Source of the DNA: Rhynchobatus australiae
Lineage: Eukaryota
DNA: 64,000 nucleotides
NCBI GenBank assembly: GCA_034780895.1
Contig: JAUZTB010000079.1
Coordinates: 13,467,732-13,531,731 of the forward strand
Reading direction: 5' to 3'
In this document: positions 28,151-40,530 of the stretch, piece after piece
Numbering within the stretch: the stretch's first letter is position 1
How the letters are laid out: each line of letters opens with the position of its first letter
Position numbers and translations under genes: made by a program
The notes under the pieces: generated by a model
Told to the model about the DNA's origin: nothing
Seen by the model: the letters and a program-made list of their open reading frames with translations, nothing else
Databases searched by the model: none

Positions 28151-28799
28151 TATGACCACATGACTAACAGTCAATTGAAGTATTTGCCTCAGTCTGTATT
28201 TGTTCCTTCAGCAAATAGTTTAAGATACGAGGATAAAAAGATTACTTCACTCAACTGTTCAGTGTGATCTAAGTCAATTGAGTATTATGCAAAGTTTTTA
28301 ATCATCTGAGGACAGATGACACTGATGTCTGCTTTCTGTCCTCCTGATTCCGAAGCAGACTTTTTTCAAATTATGCGACGAGTACTAGCATCTTGAGACC
28401 CCCATTGCTCTGTTGCAGTCCTGAATCGAATAATTCATTAATGTTGTTTCTTGGGAGATTTCACTTTCAAATTAATGCAAGCTAGTTGATGCAGAAACAC
28501 AAGTGTAATTTTACCTCAGAGAAAGCAGATACTGATAGCATTTTGACAATCACTGAAAGTCTCAGCCTCCTTCTTTAGTGTATCAGTGGCACAGCATCGG
28601 AATGAATTTTCAATTAGCTCAATCATTCATGCTACTCAAGTTCTACTTGAAAACACATGCCAAGTTTGCATTCTTGACACATTCTTGTTGCATGCTGAAA
28701 ATTAAGTGGCAGTGTACTGGTAAATTCTCATGTGGCTTGGATTTCAATGGACTTCAGTTGATTGAATAGGACCAAATGCCTCTGTTATCTATCTCTTCT

Positions 28800-29010
28800 T
28801 CTACTTCATAGGCAGTACTTCATGACTTTGAGGATGTCCTTGAAGCACTTTCTCTGCCCTTCTTCAAAACTCTTGCAGTTACAGACCTTGGTACACAGTG
28901 GAGTCTGGTGACAGGCGTGCAGTTGAAGTGACCCACCCACTGGAGCTGGTTGAACCTGATCAGACCCTCGATATTGATGATATGGCCTGAGATATTGGTT
29001 TGCTTCCTCT
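28800..29010 (-). mobile_element. RTE-clade LINE C-terminal remnant
   Basis: GQRKCFKDILK and QLQWVGH-like frameshifted peptides. Confidence 0.6.
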
Positions 29011-30336
29011 CCAGTGTATTTGGAGAGGCTGCAATGACGACATTGTCTACTGCAGGTTACCTGTAGATTAATTGTGTACAAGAATGCCCCAGAGCCAATA
29101 GAAAACTAGTGATTCCAGTTCTTTACAGCAACTACAATAATGGCTGAACAATACTTGGCAAGGTTGCCAGACGTTATATGTTTGGTTATAAGCGACTATT
29201 TTTAAGGCTTGCGTTCTGTTTATCGTGTACACCCTTAGAATGATGACATCATATGTGTCAGCTGTGGCATAGATCATAGCACACCCTTCTAAGTCAGAAG
29301 TTGTGGGTTGATGTCCGATTCCAGAAATTTAAACAAGTTCATGCTCCATTGCGGGACTCCACGCGGAAACAAACATCAAATTGCAGCCAGGAAACCCCCT
29401 GACAGAACCCAGCCAACAAGTTTGGGAGTCCCGCATTAATACAGAACTATCAGTATTTTCCAGCATATTTAGTCCAATATCTGGTCATAACCATTTTGCT
29501 ACATGTGTGTGCAAATTAATTAGCATGTTTCCTATATTTCAACAGTTTCTACACTTCCAAAGTAATGAACTAGCTCGCAAAGCAAATGTAAAGCATTTTG
29601 CGAGATCCAGAAATATATCTGTGAAACTTCATAAAATTGCTTTTATCTTTTTGATTAGCAACCCCTACAATCACCTCCATTTTATATTTTCTTACAGTAC
29701 AGGCGAGCATTGGCCCATTGTGCATCTGCTAGTTCTTTGGAAGTGTTACCATTTAATTTCCCTCAGCTCTTTCCCCTTGGCTTCACAAAACTTTCTTCAT
29801 AAAACTACATATTTTATTCTTTCTTGGGATGTGGGCAGTACTGTCAAGACCTTAATTTCCTTTGAGGAGGAAGCGATGAGCCACCTTCTTGAATTACTGC
29901 AATTGATTTGGTCAGGGTTCTCTTGCTATAAGGCAGGAAGTTTTCAGGTTCTGGTCCAATGCCGGTGAAGGAATAGTTCAATATCTCCTGATCAGGATGG
30001 TCTGTAGTGTGAATGAGATTGTCATTCCCATGCATTTACTGCAAAGTTGTAGAGATCATAAGTATGGGATGCGAGGTCATGTTGAAATCTTGGCAAAGTG
30101 GCTGTAGTATATATCACACCATAGTGATGTAGGGAATGAATGTATAAAGTGCAGATGGGGCAATAGACAAGTAGAGTTTTAGTCCTGGAGGATGCTAAGC
30201 ATTTTGCTTCTGATGGAACTGATTTCATTAAAGCAAGTAACACTGACTTGAGCAGAAGAAAGGAGCATATGACAAGTGCCAGGTTGTTAATGCAAGCAAG
30301 AGTGAAGCTGATTATTGATTCCAGAGTGGAAGTGAA

Positions 30337-30342
<6 letters not shown>

Positions 30343-30377
<35 letters not shown>
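30343..30377 (+). repeat. (AG)n microsatellite
   Basis: Direct reading. Confidence 0.95.
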
Positions 30378-30381
<4 letters not shown>

Positions 30382-30389
30382 CAATCTCC

Positions 30390-33300
30390 TGAAGGCAGAG
30401 GACATGACTGAGGTACTAAGTGAAAACGTTATATCATTCTTCTTCAAGTAGAAGATGTTGCTAGAGTTTCCACTGAGGAAGATGTAGTTGATATTTTGAA
30501 TGGGTGATCAAATGATAAAGGTACAAGAAAGGCTAGTTGTACTTAAAATGGATAGATCATGTGATCTCAATGGAATGGAATGCTTCCAAAGTTGCTGAGG
30601 GAAGTAAGAGGTGAAAGTGCACAGGCCCTGGGTACAATTTTCCAAACACCTATTGATTCAGGGCTGGTGGTTAGAGACTGGAAAGTTGCAATGTTATACC
30701 ACTGTTCAAATAAAGATGTAGCAATGAACCCAATGATATAGACCAGTTTAACTGCTGGAGCAAGCAAGTACTAGAAACAACAACCAGGCACTGAATTCTC
30801 AATACAAGTATGAATTGATCGGAGAAAGCCACCGTACATTTGTTCAAGGCAAATTGTGACTATGTTTTATGATTAAGGAACAGAGAGGGTCAGTGAGGGA
30901 AATGTGGTTGATTTTGTTTGCATGGACTTCGAGAAGACATTTGACAAGGCCACGTACTAAGTTTGCTATCAGTATCAGAGGCCATAAACAAAACGGGTTG
31001 TAGCAGCATGGATAGAAAATTGGCTAAGTAGCAGCAAACAGAAATAACCTTTTTTTTGACTGGAAGTAAGTGTGAGTTTCCCATCTGTTGATACCAAGGC
31101 CTCTGCTTTTCTTAGTATAGAGTTGTAGCACAGAAACAGGCCATTCGGCCCAATTTATCCAAGCTGATAAAGTTGCCTACCTGTGCTGGTCCCATTTGTC
31201 TGCATTTGGCCTACATTCCTCTAAACCTTTCCTATCCATGCACCAGTGTAAATGTCTTTTAAATAATGTAACTGCACCCACCTCTCCCACTTACTCTGGC
31301 AGCTCATTCCATATACCCTCCATCCTCTGTGTTAAAAACTTGTCTCTCGGGTCCTCTTTAAATCTTTCCCTACTCACTTTAACCCTATGCCTCTTGTTTT
31401 GGACTCCCCTACCCTGGGAAAAAGACTGTGACCATTCCCCTTATCTATGCCCCTCACGATTTTCTAAACCTCAAAAAGATCACCCCTTAGCCTACTTTAC
31501 TCCAGGGATAAAAAGCCACAGCCTGTCCAGCCTCTCCTCATAACTCAAACCCTCCAGTCCCAGAAACATCCTTGTGAATCTTTTTGCACCTTTTCCAGCT
31601 TAATGACACCGTTCCTAAGGTATGGTGACCATAACTGTACACAATACTCCAAATACAGTCTCATCAAAGTCTTGCACAGCTGTGACCAATGAAGGCAAAC
31701 ATGGCAAGTGCCTTCTTCACCACTCTGTCTACTTGTGTCACCACTTTCGTGGAACTACGTACGTACCCCTACATCTCTCTGTTCCATAACAGTCTCTATA
31801 GCCCAGCTATTTACTGTGTAAGTCCTGCCCTGGTTTATCTTCCCAAAAATGCAACATTTCCAAGTTAAGTTCCATCTGTCATTCCTTGGCCCACTTTCCC
31901 AATTGATCAGGATCCGGTTGTAAATTTAGATAACCTTCTTCACTGTCTACCACACCATCAATTTTGGTGTCATCTGCAAACTTACTAACCATACCAACTA
32001 CATTCTCATCCAAAGTGTTAATGTAGATGACAAACAACAGTGGACCCAGCCCCGATCCCTGCAGCACACCACTGGTGACAGGCTTCCAACCTAAAAAACA
32101 ACTTCCACTACCACCCTCTGACTCCTACCACCAAGCCAATTTTGTATCCACTTGGTTAGATCACCCTGGATCACATGTGATCTAATCTTCCCCACCAGCC
32201 TACCATGCATGACTGTGTCAAAGGCCTCGCTAAGATCATGAAGAGATCTACCACCTTTCCCTCGTCAGTCATCTTGGTCACCTCTTCAAAAAACTCAAAT
32301 CAAATTTGTGAGACTAAACTTCCCACGCACAAAGTCATGCTGACTATCCCTAAATAGTCCTTGCCTTTCCAAATACAGGTAGATCCTGTCCCTCAGAATC
32401 CCATCCAGTAACTTTCCCACCACTGATGTTAAGCTCACTGGCGTGTAGTTCCTTGCCTTGTCCTTGCAGCCCTTCTTAAAGCCACAACATTAGCCACCCT
32501 CCAGTATTCCAGTACCTCACCCGTGGCTAATGATGATACAAATATCTCAGCCAGGGCCCCAGCAATTTCTTCTCTGGTTTCCCACAATGTCCTCGGATAC
32601 AATTGGTCAGGGCCCAGGGATTTATCCAGTGTTATGCACCTTCAGACCGTCAGCACCTCCTCTGTTATAATGTGTTATGTTTCAAGGCATCACTGTTCTC
32701 TTCCCTGAATTCTCTACCTTCCATGGCCTTCTCCACGGTAAATACAGACAAATATTCATTTAAATTTCGCCCATCTCCCATGGCTCCACACATATATGAC
32801 CACAGTAATCCTTATGGGGACCTATCCTCTCCCTAGTTACCCTTTTGCTCATAGTATACCCTTAGAATCTCATGAGATTACTGATCTTGTGTCCTCTTTT
32901 TGCCCTCCTGATTTCCCTCTTAAGTGTACTTCTATAACGGATATAGGAGTACTTCTCAAGGGATTCTCTTGGTTCCAGCTGCCAATCATGTCTCCTTTAT
33001 CCTGACCGGAGCCTTAGTATCCCTCATCAGCCAGGTTCCCTAATCTTGCCAGCCTTGCCCTTCACTCTAATGACTTGGATGGGTGTATAGAGCACAATTT
33101 CCAAACTTGCTGATAACACAAAACATGGAAGCATAGTGAACTGTGAAGACAGTAATGGATTTCAAGAAGATACAGATTGATTGGTAAACTGATGGATAGG
33201 TGGCAGATAAAATGCAAATATTAAATGTTACGTTTTGGTAGGAAGAATCAGAAGAGGCAAAATAAATTAGAGGCCAAACAACTAAAAAGAGAATGGGAAA

Positions 33301-33745
33301 TGAGAGATCTGGAGTATGTGTGCATTGTTCATTGAGAGTGTCAGGGCATGTTCAGAAAGTGTTTAAGCAAATGAGGTCCTCACCTTTCTGTAAAGAAACA
33401 CAAGAGTACTAGAGCAAGAAAGACATGACGAACCTACATAAAGCAGTGGTTTGGCCAGAACTGCACTATTATGTCTAGATCCAGGTGCCATATTTCAGGA
33501 CAGACATGAAGTCTTTGGAGAGGGTGCAGAAAAGATTTACCACCAGAGATGATGGACTTCAGTCATAGATGGAGAAGTTGAAGCTGTTCTTGTTTAAGAA
33601 ATATTTAAAGTCAATGAAGTTACAGACAAGAAAAGCTGTTCTCTTTGATAGAAGGGTCAAGAATAAGGAGACTCATAATGAGGGTGATTGGTAAAAGATC
33701 CTAAAGTGACATGAGAAATAGTCTTTTTAGTTAGTGAGGGTAGGA
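30390..33745 (+). mobile_element. Older CR1 LINE (+) split by a nested minus-strand CR1
   Basis: ...PLLFLVY ends at ~31117 and resumes as NDLD..ISKLADNT at 33068. Confidence 0.75.
31117..33067 (-). mobile_element. Younger CR1 LINE nested in the + strand CR1
   Basis: QGSGLGPLLFVIYINTLDENVVGMVSKFADDTKI; 3' tail revcomp of cacagaaacaggccattcggccc. Confidence 0.88.
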
Positions 33746-34411
33746 GGGTGAGACTAACTAGATTTCTCATACATCGAGCTGCAATGGACTGGAAGGGCCA
33801 ATTGTCCACCTGTGCTATAATCATCTGATTCTTTTCAGAATTTGCTGTGCGTTTTCCTTCATTTCTGACCCCTTTTATCAACAGTCTTTCACATTTAACT
33901 GACAAAACAGCGACAAATGAGCTTGAAAGAAAATTAGTTGGTTGTGAAACGTTCATTAGATGTCGGGAAGACAATATAAACACAGTCGTTTATCTCTGTA
34001 GCAAATTATTCAATTTGATCAGAAATTAAATGTATAAAAATCAAATCCCTTATAAAAATTAAATCCCTTTGAACAGTATAAAAAAGCAGTCTCGTATATG
34101 TTTCCCTTAATACATGATTTTCTGTAGTGAAATATTTCATTTTAAAAAATACAAGTACTTTCTTACATGGGTTGTTTTTGAATACAGCTTCACAAACTTC
34201 ATTTTCATATTTTTTTTCATTTCTGCTTATACAGTAGGATACTTCTTCATTGGTACTTTAAATACAAGGCAACAGCGGCACAGCAGCAGCATATTTCATT
34301 AAACAGGAGAAAACATAAAATTTAAGGCATAACTATTCCCTCATACCATCGGCAGGTATCTGTAATATACAAAAATTGAATCCTGTCCTCCTTTACTTAA
34401 TTCGCACAGAA

Positions 34412-34715
34412 TTAAGGTGCTGCATTGGCAGAGAAACGTTGCACAGCCTGCACTTCACACCTCTTGGGTTTCATGGTCAGTCCATACTGTGGTGTCATAT
34501 CAATGTCCTGCCCCGGCTTTTTCTCAAAACGCAAATGTTGGATAAGAGTGGTGAGAAACAAGAAGACTTCTATGCGGGCAAGAGACTCTCCAATGCATCT
34601 TCTTTTGCCCATGCTGAACATCAATACCTTTTCGCACTCCACTTTGTTGACACTTTTTCCATCAGCATTTAGAAACCGCTCTGGGCAGAAAGTAAATGGG
34701 TCTTTCCAGAGTGTT
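34412..34715 (-). CDS. cyp1a: CYP1A exon 7 coding part (304 nt incl. TAA), PERF and heme-binding [11 protein letters not shown]
   Basis: cag|A acceptor at 34716/34715 in the phase required by exon 6. WKDP..PERFL and FxxGxRxCxG present. Exons sum to 1581 nt = 526 aa + stop. Confidence 0.97.
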
Positions 34716-35234
34716 CTGAAATATGCAGTAGCACAAAACAAAATTTGGTATGACTTAATCAGGAAATAACATGAAATTAAATAACTTCAACTTCTTCACA
34801 CTAACCACTGTAGACTTTAAGCCTCTTTGGACAACAAAAGAATAGACTTTAAAATCAGAACTAGAAGCAAGAACTGTTATGTTGTTCAGAAGAGAAAAGA
34901 ATACATTAATACTGAGGATGGAAACCTTTAAATTCTGAAAAAGCCTTTGCTCAAAACTCTGACCTGTCCTTTTCCGACATCAGAAAGTAGTTACTTCCCA
35001 TAATTTTCAGTCTTGTAATGTGTTACAGTTAGCATATAAAAAACATTAATACATGGGATAAACACGGCAGAAGCTGGCCATTCAGGCCAATGAGTCCATG
35101 CCAGTGGTCTTGCACCACTCAAGTCTCCCATATTTCACAAATTCAGTTGCGGAACCATTGCCGGCCATGCTTTCAGCTGCCCTAACCTCCCCAACCCTTC
35201 CTGCCTCCCTTTACTCCTTTAAGATTGTCTTTAA

Positions 35235-35460
35235 ACTCTAACCCACTCCCAGCTTCTACCCCACTGTGATAAGACTATTGAATGGTTCCTTTGTACAGTG
35301 AGATGGACTGTGACCTCACAGTCTGCCTTGTTGTGACCTTGCGCGTTGTTGCACTGCACTTCGCTGTGGCTCTGACACTTTTCTCTGTACTCGGTGTGCA
35401 AGACAAGTTTTTCACCGTGCCTTGGTACAAGTGACAAGAATAAACCAATACCAATACCTT
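35235..35460 (+). mobile_element. Rex1/Babar-like LINE 3' end in CYP1A intron 6
   Basis: SFYPTVIRLLN-type terminus, followed by aataaa and ccaata repeats. Confidence 0.5.
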
Positions 35461-35659
35461 TGACCAAACTTTTGACCATCTGCCTAATATCTCTTTACTT
35501 GACTCAGCAGCATTGTGTTATGAGTTAACCCCTGTATGAAGCATTGTCTTACTACAGTAAAGGTGCTATATAAATGTAAGTCATTGCTGCTTAACTGTTA
35601 AACCCTCGAGCAATTCCCTGGAGACTCTGGAGTGCAGTAGAGCCCCTGCCTCTCTGCCT

Positions 35660-35815
35660 TCAGTTCTGGTCATCTCATTACAGGAAGGATGTGGAAGCTT
35701 TGGAGAAGGTGTAGAGGGGATTTACCAGGATGTTGCCCGGATTGGAGAGCATGTCTTATGAGGATAGGTTGAGTGAGCTAGGGCTTTTCTCTTTGGAGAG
35801 AAGGAGGATGAGAGG
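35660..35815 (+). mobile_element. CR1 fragment running into gap
   Basis: MLPGLESMSYEDRLSELGLFSLERRRMR. Confidence 0.85.
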
Positions 35816-37454
35816 NNNNNNNNNNNNNNNNNNNNNNNNNNNNNNNNNNNNNNNNNNNNNNNNNNNNNNNNNNNNNNNNNNNNNNNNNNNNNNNNNNNNN
35901 NNNNNNNNNNNNNNNAAAACATTTTGTAAGTTTGAAGATCTCAGTTAGTTCACCCCTCAGAGTGAAAAGATGAAAAGAGACCTATCTGTTTATCTTTTCT
36001 TTATTTGTATACAATTCTTTTAAATCTCCTCTTCATCCTCTCTAGTATATCTATGACCAGACTATATGCAGTATTCTAGATATAGTCCAAGCAAAGTGTG
36101 ATAGAGGTAAAGTATAACTTTCCTACCTTTCACTTTCCTCCAAAGATATGCCCTAGTGTTTGGTTGGTTTTCTTTAACAACTTTGTTAACCCATGGCACA
36201 ACCTTTTGTGATGGGCATATTTGTATTCAAGATCCTTTTTTCCCTTCTATTTCATCCAGACTGCACCTTCCAAGTGACCTCCCCATTCTTCCTACTTCAC
36301 ATTTAACTATATTGAAAGTCATTTGCTGATCAGAACTTCTTTTAAACAGATTGCCCATTTTAAACTATTTGCTCATTTGGCAAATTTGAAAATCAATGTT
36401 TATTGCAGGAGAGCTTTTTGCTTTGTTTTTGAGAGTAATTATATAATTTTTCTCACTATTGGCACTGTTAATTAATGCTTTAATATCAAACTAAAATTGA
36501 AGAAAGACATAAAGATAATACTTCACGGGTCACTTGCAAGGTTGAATTCTACTCACAATATCAGGAGCCATAAGAGATATCCAGTCTTAGTATATGATCC
36601 ATTGAAAATGTCTCATGTTTCTGGTCAATGGTCCCTTTTTCAAACCCTTACCCCTACATTAGAGGTTCACATCCCCACCAAAACACAATAAAAAGACTAA
36701 AAACCAAAATTTACTCAACACCTGTTGTAACTAATTTTATCCTTGGGCTATGCATTGAAGTACTGTATTGAAGCAGTTGCTCTTAGACACTTCACCCATT
36801 TACACTGAAAGCAGTGGAAGAAGTATCTATAATAAATGCCTCTGTGAAAATCACCATTGCTCTTTATCTTATTTGACCCTTTCATTCTGTTTTCTTTCTA
36901 ACACCTTGCTAAAACACCTTGGCCTGAAGTTAATCCAATTCTTCTTGCAACTTTCACTTTAGAATAATGAAGTAAACTGATAAATGAATGAATATTGCCA
37001 TTAATTTAAGGCCTGTCATATCTGTAAAGGCGAAGTGTCTATTGCTACTGCATCTGCAGAGGGAGCTCTGTCTGCACAGGATCTGGTGGAAGAGGTTAGC
37101 ACATGCTTCCATTAATGTGACCCTGCTTTACAAGATTAAAGTTTGATACCTTATCAGCCTGACATAAAAAAATTACTTAACCTTTTGCACAACAAATAGA
37201 TGTTTCACCAACTGTAAGTAAACTGAATGAAACAATTTTGATCTAGATGCCTCAGCAAATAGAAGAATCCAATGTCTGACAGTTTTGATGTTGGGAACTC
37301 TGAAGGTTTACAAGTAATGCCTTGCCAGCTTGTGCTTGCAGCAATTTAAATTAATGATATATAGAACAGTACACTACAGAACAGACCCTTCGGCCCACAA
37401 TATAGAATTTGCTTAACTGACTGTTTCCATAAAGGAACAAGGGGACTTCAATCT

Positions 37455-39422
37455 GTACCACAGAATCACAGAATGATTGCAGAATGGAAGTAGGCTATTC
37501 GACCCATAAAGCCAATACCAATTATACTTGAGCAATCAATTCATCCCACTCCCAGACCTTCTCTGCATAACCCTGCATATTCACTCATTCCTTATTCAAA
37601 TCTCTTATGAATGCTAATGACTCTCGCTCTACATTACCTCTGGCCGTACATTCCAGACCCTAGTCACTTACAGTGTAATTTTATTTTCCTCTTTTCACTT
37701 TGGTTCTTTTGCTACTCAACTTCATTCAATGTGACCTACTCTTGATTACTCTGCCAATGGGAACAATTTCTCTCAATTGTCTTTTTATACCCTTCAGGAT
37801 TTTAAATACCTCCATCAGATCCCCTCACAATCATGTTCCAAGGAGAACAACCCCTGTTTCTCCAGTAACTCCCCAAAATGAAGTCTCTTATCCCTGGAAT
37901 CATTTTGGTAAATTTGCACCCTTTCTAAAGCCTTCACATCTCCTAAAGTGCGATGCCCAGAAATGGACATAATACTCTAGTTGTAGCAGAACCAGTCTTT
38001 TATAAATGTTTGTCATAAATCCTTTAATCTTGTACTGTGTTTCCAAGGGCCAGGATCCCATATGCTTTTTAACCACATTTTCAACCTGCCTTGCCACTTT
38101 CAATGAACTAGACATGTATACCCCCAGATCTCTCTGTTCTTGTATCCTTTTTAGAATTGTGCCCTCTATATTGCCATTTCTAATTCTTCCTATCAAAATG
38201 TAACACTTCATAGTTCCCAATTAAAATTCATCTGCCATCTATCTTGCGCATTCCACAACTCTGTCTGCATCTCCTTGAAATCTATTACTATCCTCCTTGC
38301 AGTTCACTACACCTCCAAATTTTGTGTCTTATGCAAGCTTGGAAATTATGCCCTACACACTCAAGTCAAAGTCATTTGTATATTCTTTAAGTTTCAATAA
38401 CAACAGTGGTTCCAGTACTGAACCCTGGGAAACTCCACTGCAAACTTCTCTTTAATTTGAAAACCAGCTTTTCACTATTACTCTCTTTCCTGTTTCTTGG
38501 CCAATTTTCCATCCACGCTACAACAGATTCTTGCATTTTTTGACCTTCTGTCCAAGTGGCTGCTAATTCAGTCCCTGATTGTTGTTTCTGGAACTTCCCT
38601 GCCACCAAGGTTAAACAGTGTGATCTGTAGTTACTGAATATTTCCCTATACCCTTTTTGATCAAGCGTATAACATTGCAATTTTCCAGTTCTCATGCATC
38701 ACCCATGAATCTATAGAGGCCTCTGTAATATCCTCCTTTACTTCCATCAACAGCGAAGGATGCATCCCATCTACACTGGGTGATTTGTCCACTAAATACA
38801 GATAGCGATTTTAGTAGGTTTTTATTTTTATCCCATCCAGAATTTCAATTACATTTTCCTTTGCTTATGTAAAGCACTCATTCTGTACCTCAGCTCTGCC
38901 TTGCTCTCTGCCTCCAGGATTAAATTTCCTTTTCAGTCTCTAATCAGCTGCATGTTTCCTCTTCACGTGAGTAAATACTTTTGACTACCTTCCTTCCAGT
39001 CTTTTCTCGTGTTCTCTCTTTCCCTCTTTTACTTCCTTTTAAATCCCCCTCTGAATTTAGTCCTGCTCTCATTTTTGTTAACATTCTGCTGTCACAAACT
39101 CTTTTTCATTCTATTTAACTCTCTGTCTTAATTCTCACCCACTAAGCATTAGCTTTAATTTTTCTGCACTACTCCTTCATGGGAACATACCTAGTCCATA
39201 ACAGAAACATTTCCACTTTAAAGGTCTCCATTGTTCGATTATCGTTCTGTTTGCCAAGCTTTGATACTAATTTACCCCACCCAGATCTGTTCTCATCCTA
39301 TTGGAATTATACACTGTAAAATGTTATGATTGGTTTTCCTAGATGTTCCCCCATTCTTACTTGGCCTGGCTGATTTCCCAGGACTAAGTTTAGTAATGCA
39401 ACATTCCTTGTTAAGAAACATA

Positions 39423-39484
<62 letters not shown>

Positions 39485-40530
39485 TCTCTCTTGTTATTCC
39501 TGAGAATATGGAGAGTTGAAGTCTCTCATTATCACTACAACTTTTGCAAATTTGCTCTTGAACTCATCCTTTACTACCTGGTAGTCAGAATAGTCCCAAG
39601 TGAGTAATTGTTTCTCAACTGGAATCAGATGGATTCTGTCCTTAGTCATTCAAGGATATTCTTTTCCTTCCACCACAGCAATATTCTCCATAATCAATAG
39701 TCAGTCCCCCTCCTTACTTACCTACCCTGTCTTTCCTGAATGCATATCCACAAATAATGAGAACCCATTTCTACTCTTTTTTTTAAGCTAGTGCTCTGTT
39801 ACTGCCACAAGATCCTAATTCCACTGCACTAATTGCACCTGCAATTCACCAGCCTTGTTTAATATGCTTCTTGTGTGTACATATGTGCACCATGGACCTC
39901 TCTTAGACTTTCACGTCTATTCTTTGCCTGGTCCCAGCTAAAAACATTGTTTCTTCTCCTGGTGCTAATAATCCCTCCAAATATTTTGAACAATTTTCCT
40001 CCTTTCCAACAGGACCTTCCTGTTCCCAAACCTCAGCTAAAATAATTTAAACTTTTCCCCAACAGCATCATCAAGCTTTCATGCAAGAACATTGATCACA
40101 GTTCTGTGGAGGTGCAATCCATTCAAACAATACAGATTCCAATGCCTCATGAATCTAAAGCCCTGCTTCTTACACCATCTTGCCAGCCATGTACTTATTC
40201 TGATATCCTCCTAGTTCTATCATCACTGACACATGGCACAGGGAGTAATCCAGAAATTACTACTTTGAGACCCTGCTTCTCAATCCATAAAATCTGCCTG
40301 CAGGACCTCACCCTTTTTTCTACCTTTGTCATAGGTATTGATGTGGGCTATGACTTCTGGCCGTTCAGTGCACCCCCCCCCCCGGAATTTCTGCCTTTCC
40401 GCATTCCAGGATGGCCTATAATTATTGCCCTCTTGATTTTTGTTCTCCCCACCCCCCTCATACATTAAGCTGCCCATGTTCTTGGCTCTGGCTGCATTCT
40501 CCAGGGTCTACTGTCATCAGAACTCAGAAA
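37455..40530 (-). mobile_element. Long decayed CR1 LINE in CYP1A intron 6
   Basis: EQRDLGVY..SLKVARQVENVVKK; LEYYVHFWASHFRR; upstream endonuclease/ORF1-like remnants (PEVIAHINTYDKGRK). Confidence 0.75.
39424..39483 (+). repeat. (CA)n microsatellite
   Basis: Direct reading. Confidence 0.97.

Noticed and set aside
28806-29100. Candidate for the missing EDC3 first coding exon
   Set aside because: Translates to RTE LINE-like peptides, not the Lsm domain.
29381-29968. 195-aa + strand ORF
   Set aside because: TTG start, no motif, overlaps decayed SINE/LINE remnants.
33900-34411. CYP1A poly(A) signal and AU-rich elements
   Set aside because: No canonical AATAAA seen on the minus strand, only variants (e.g. 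GATAAA near 33990) and scattered ATTTA; the 3' end cannot be placed.
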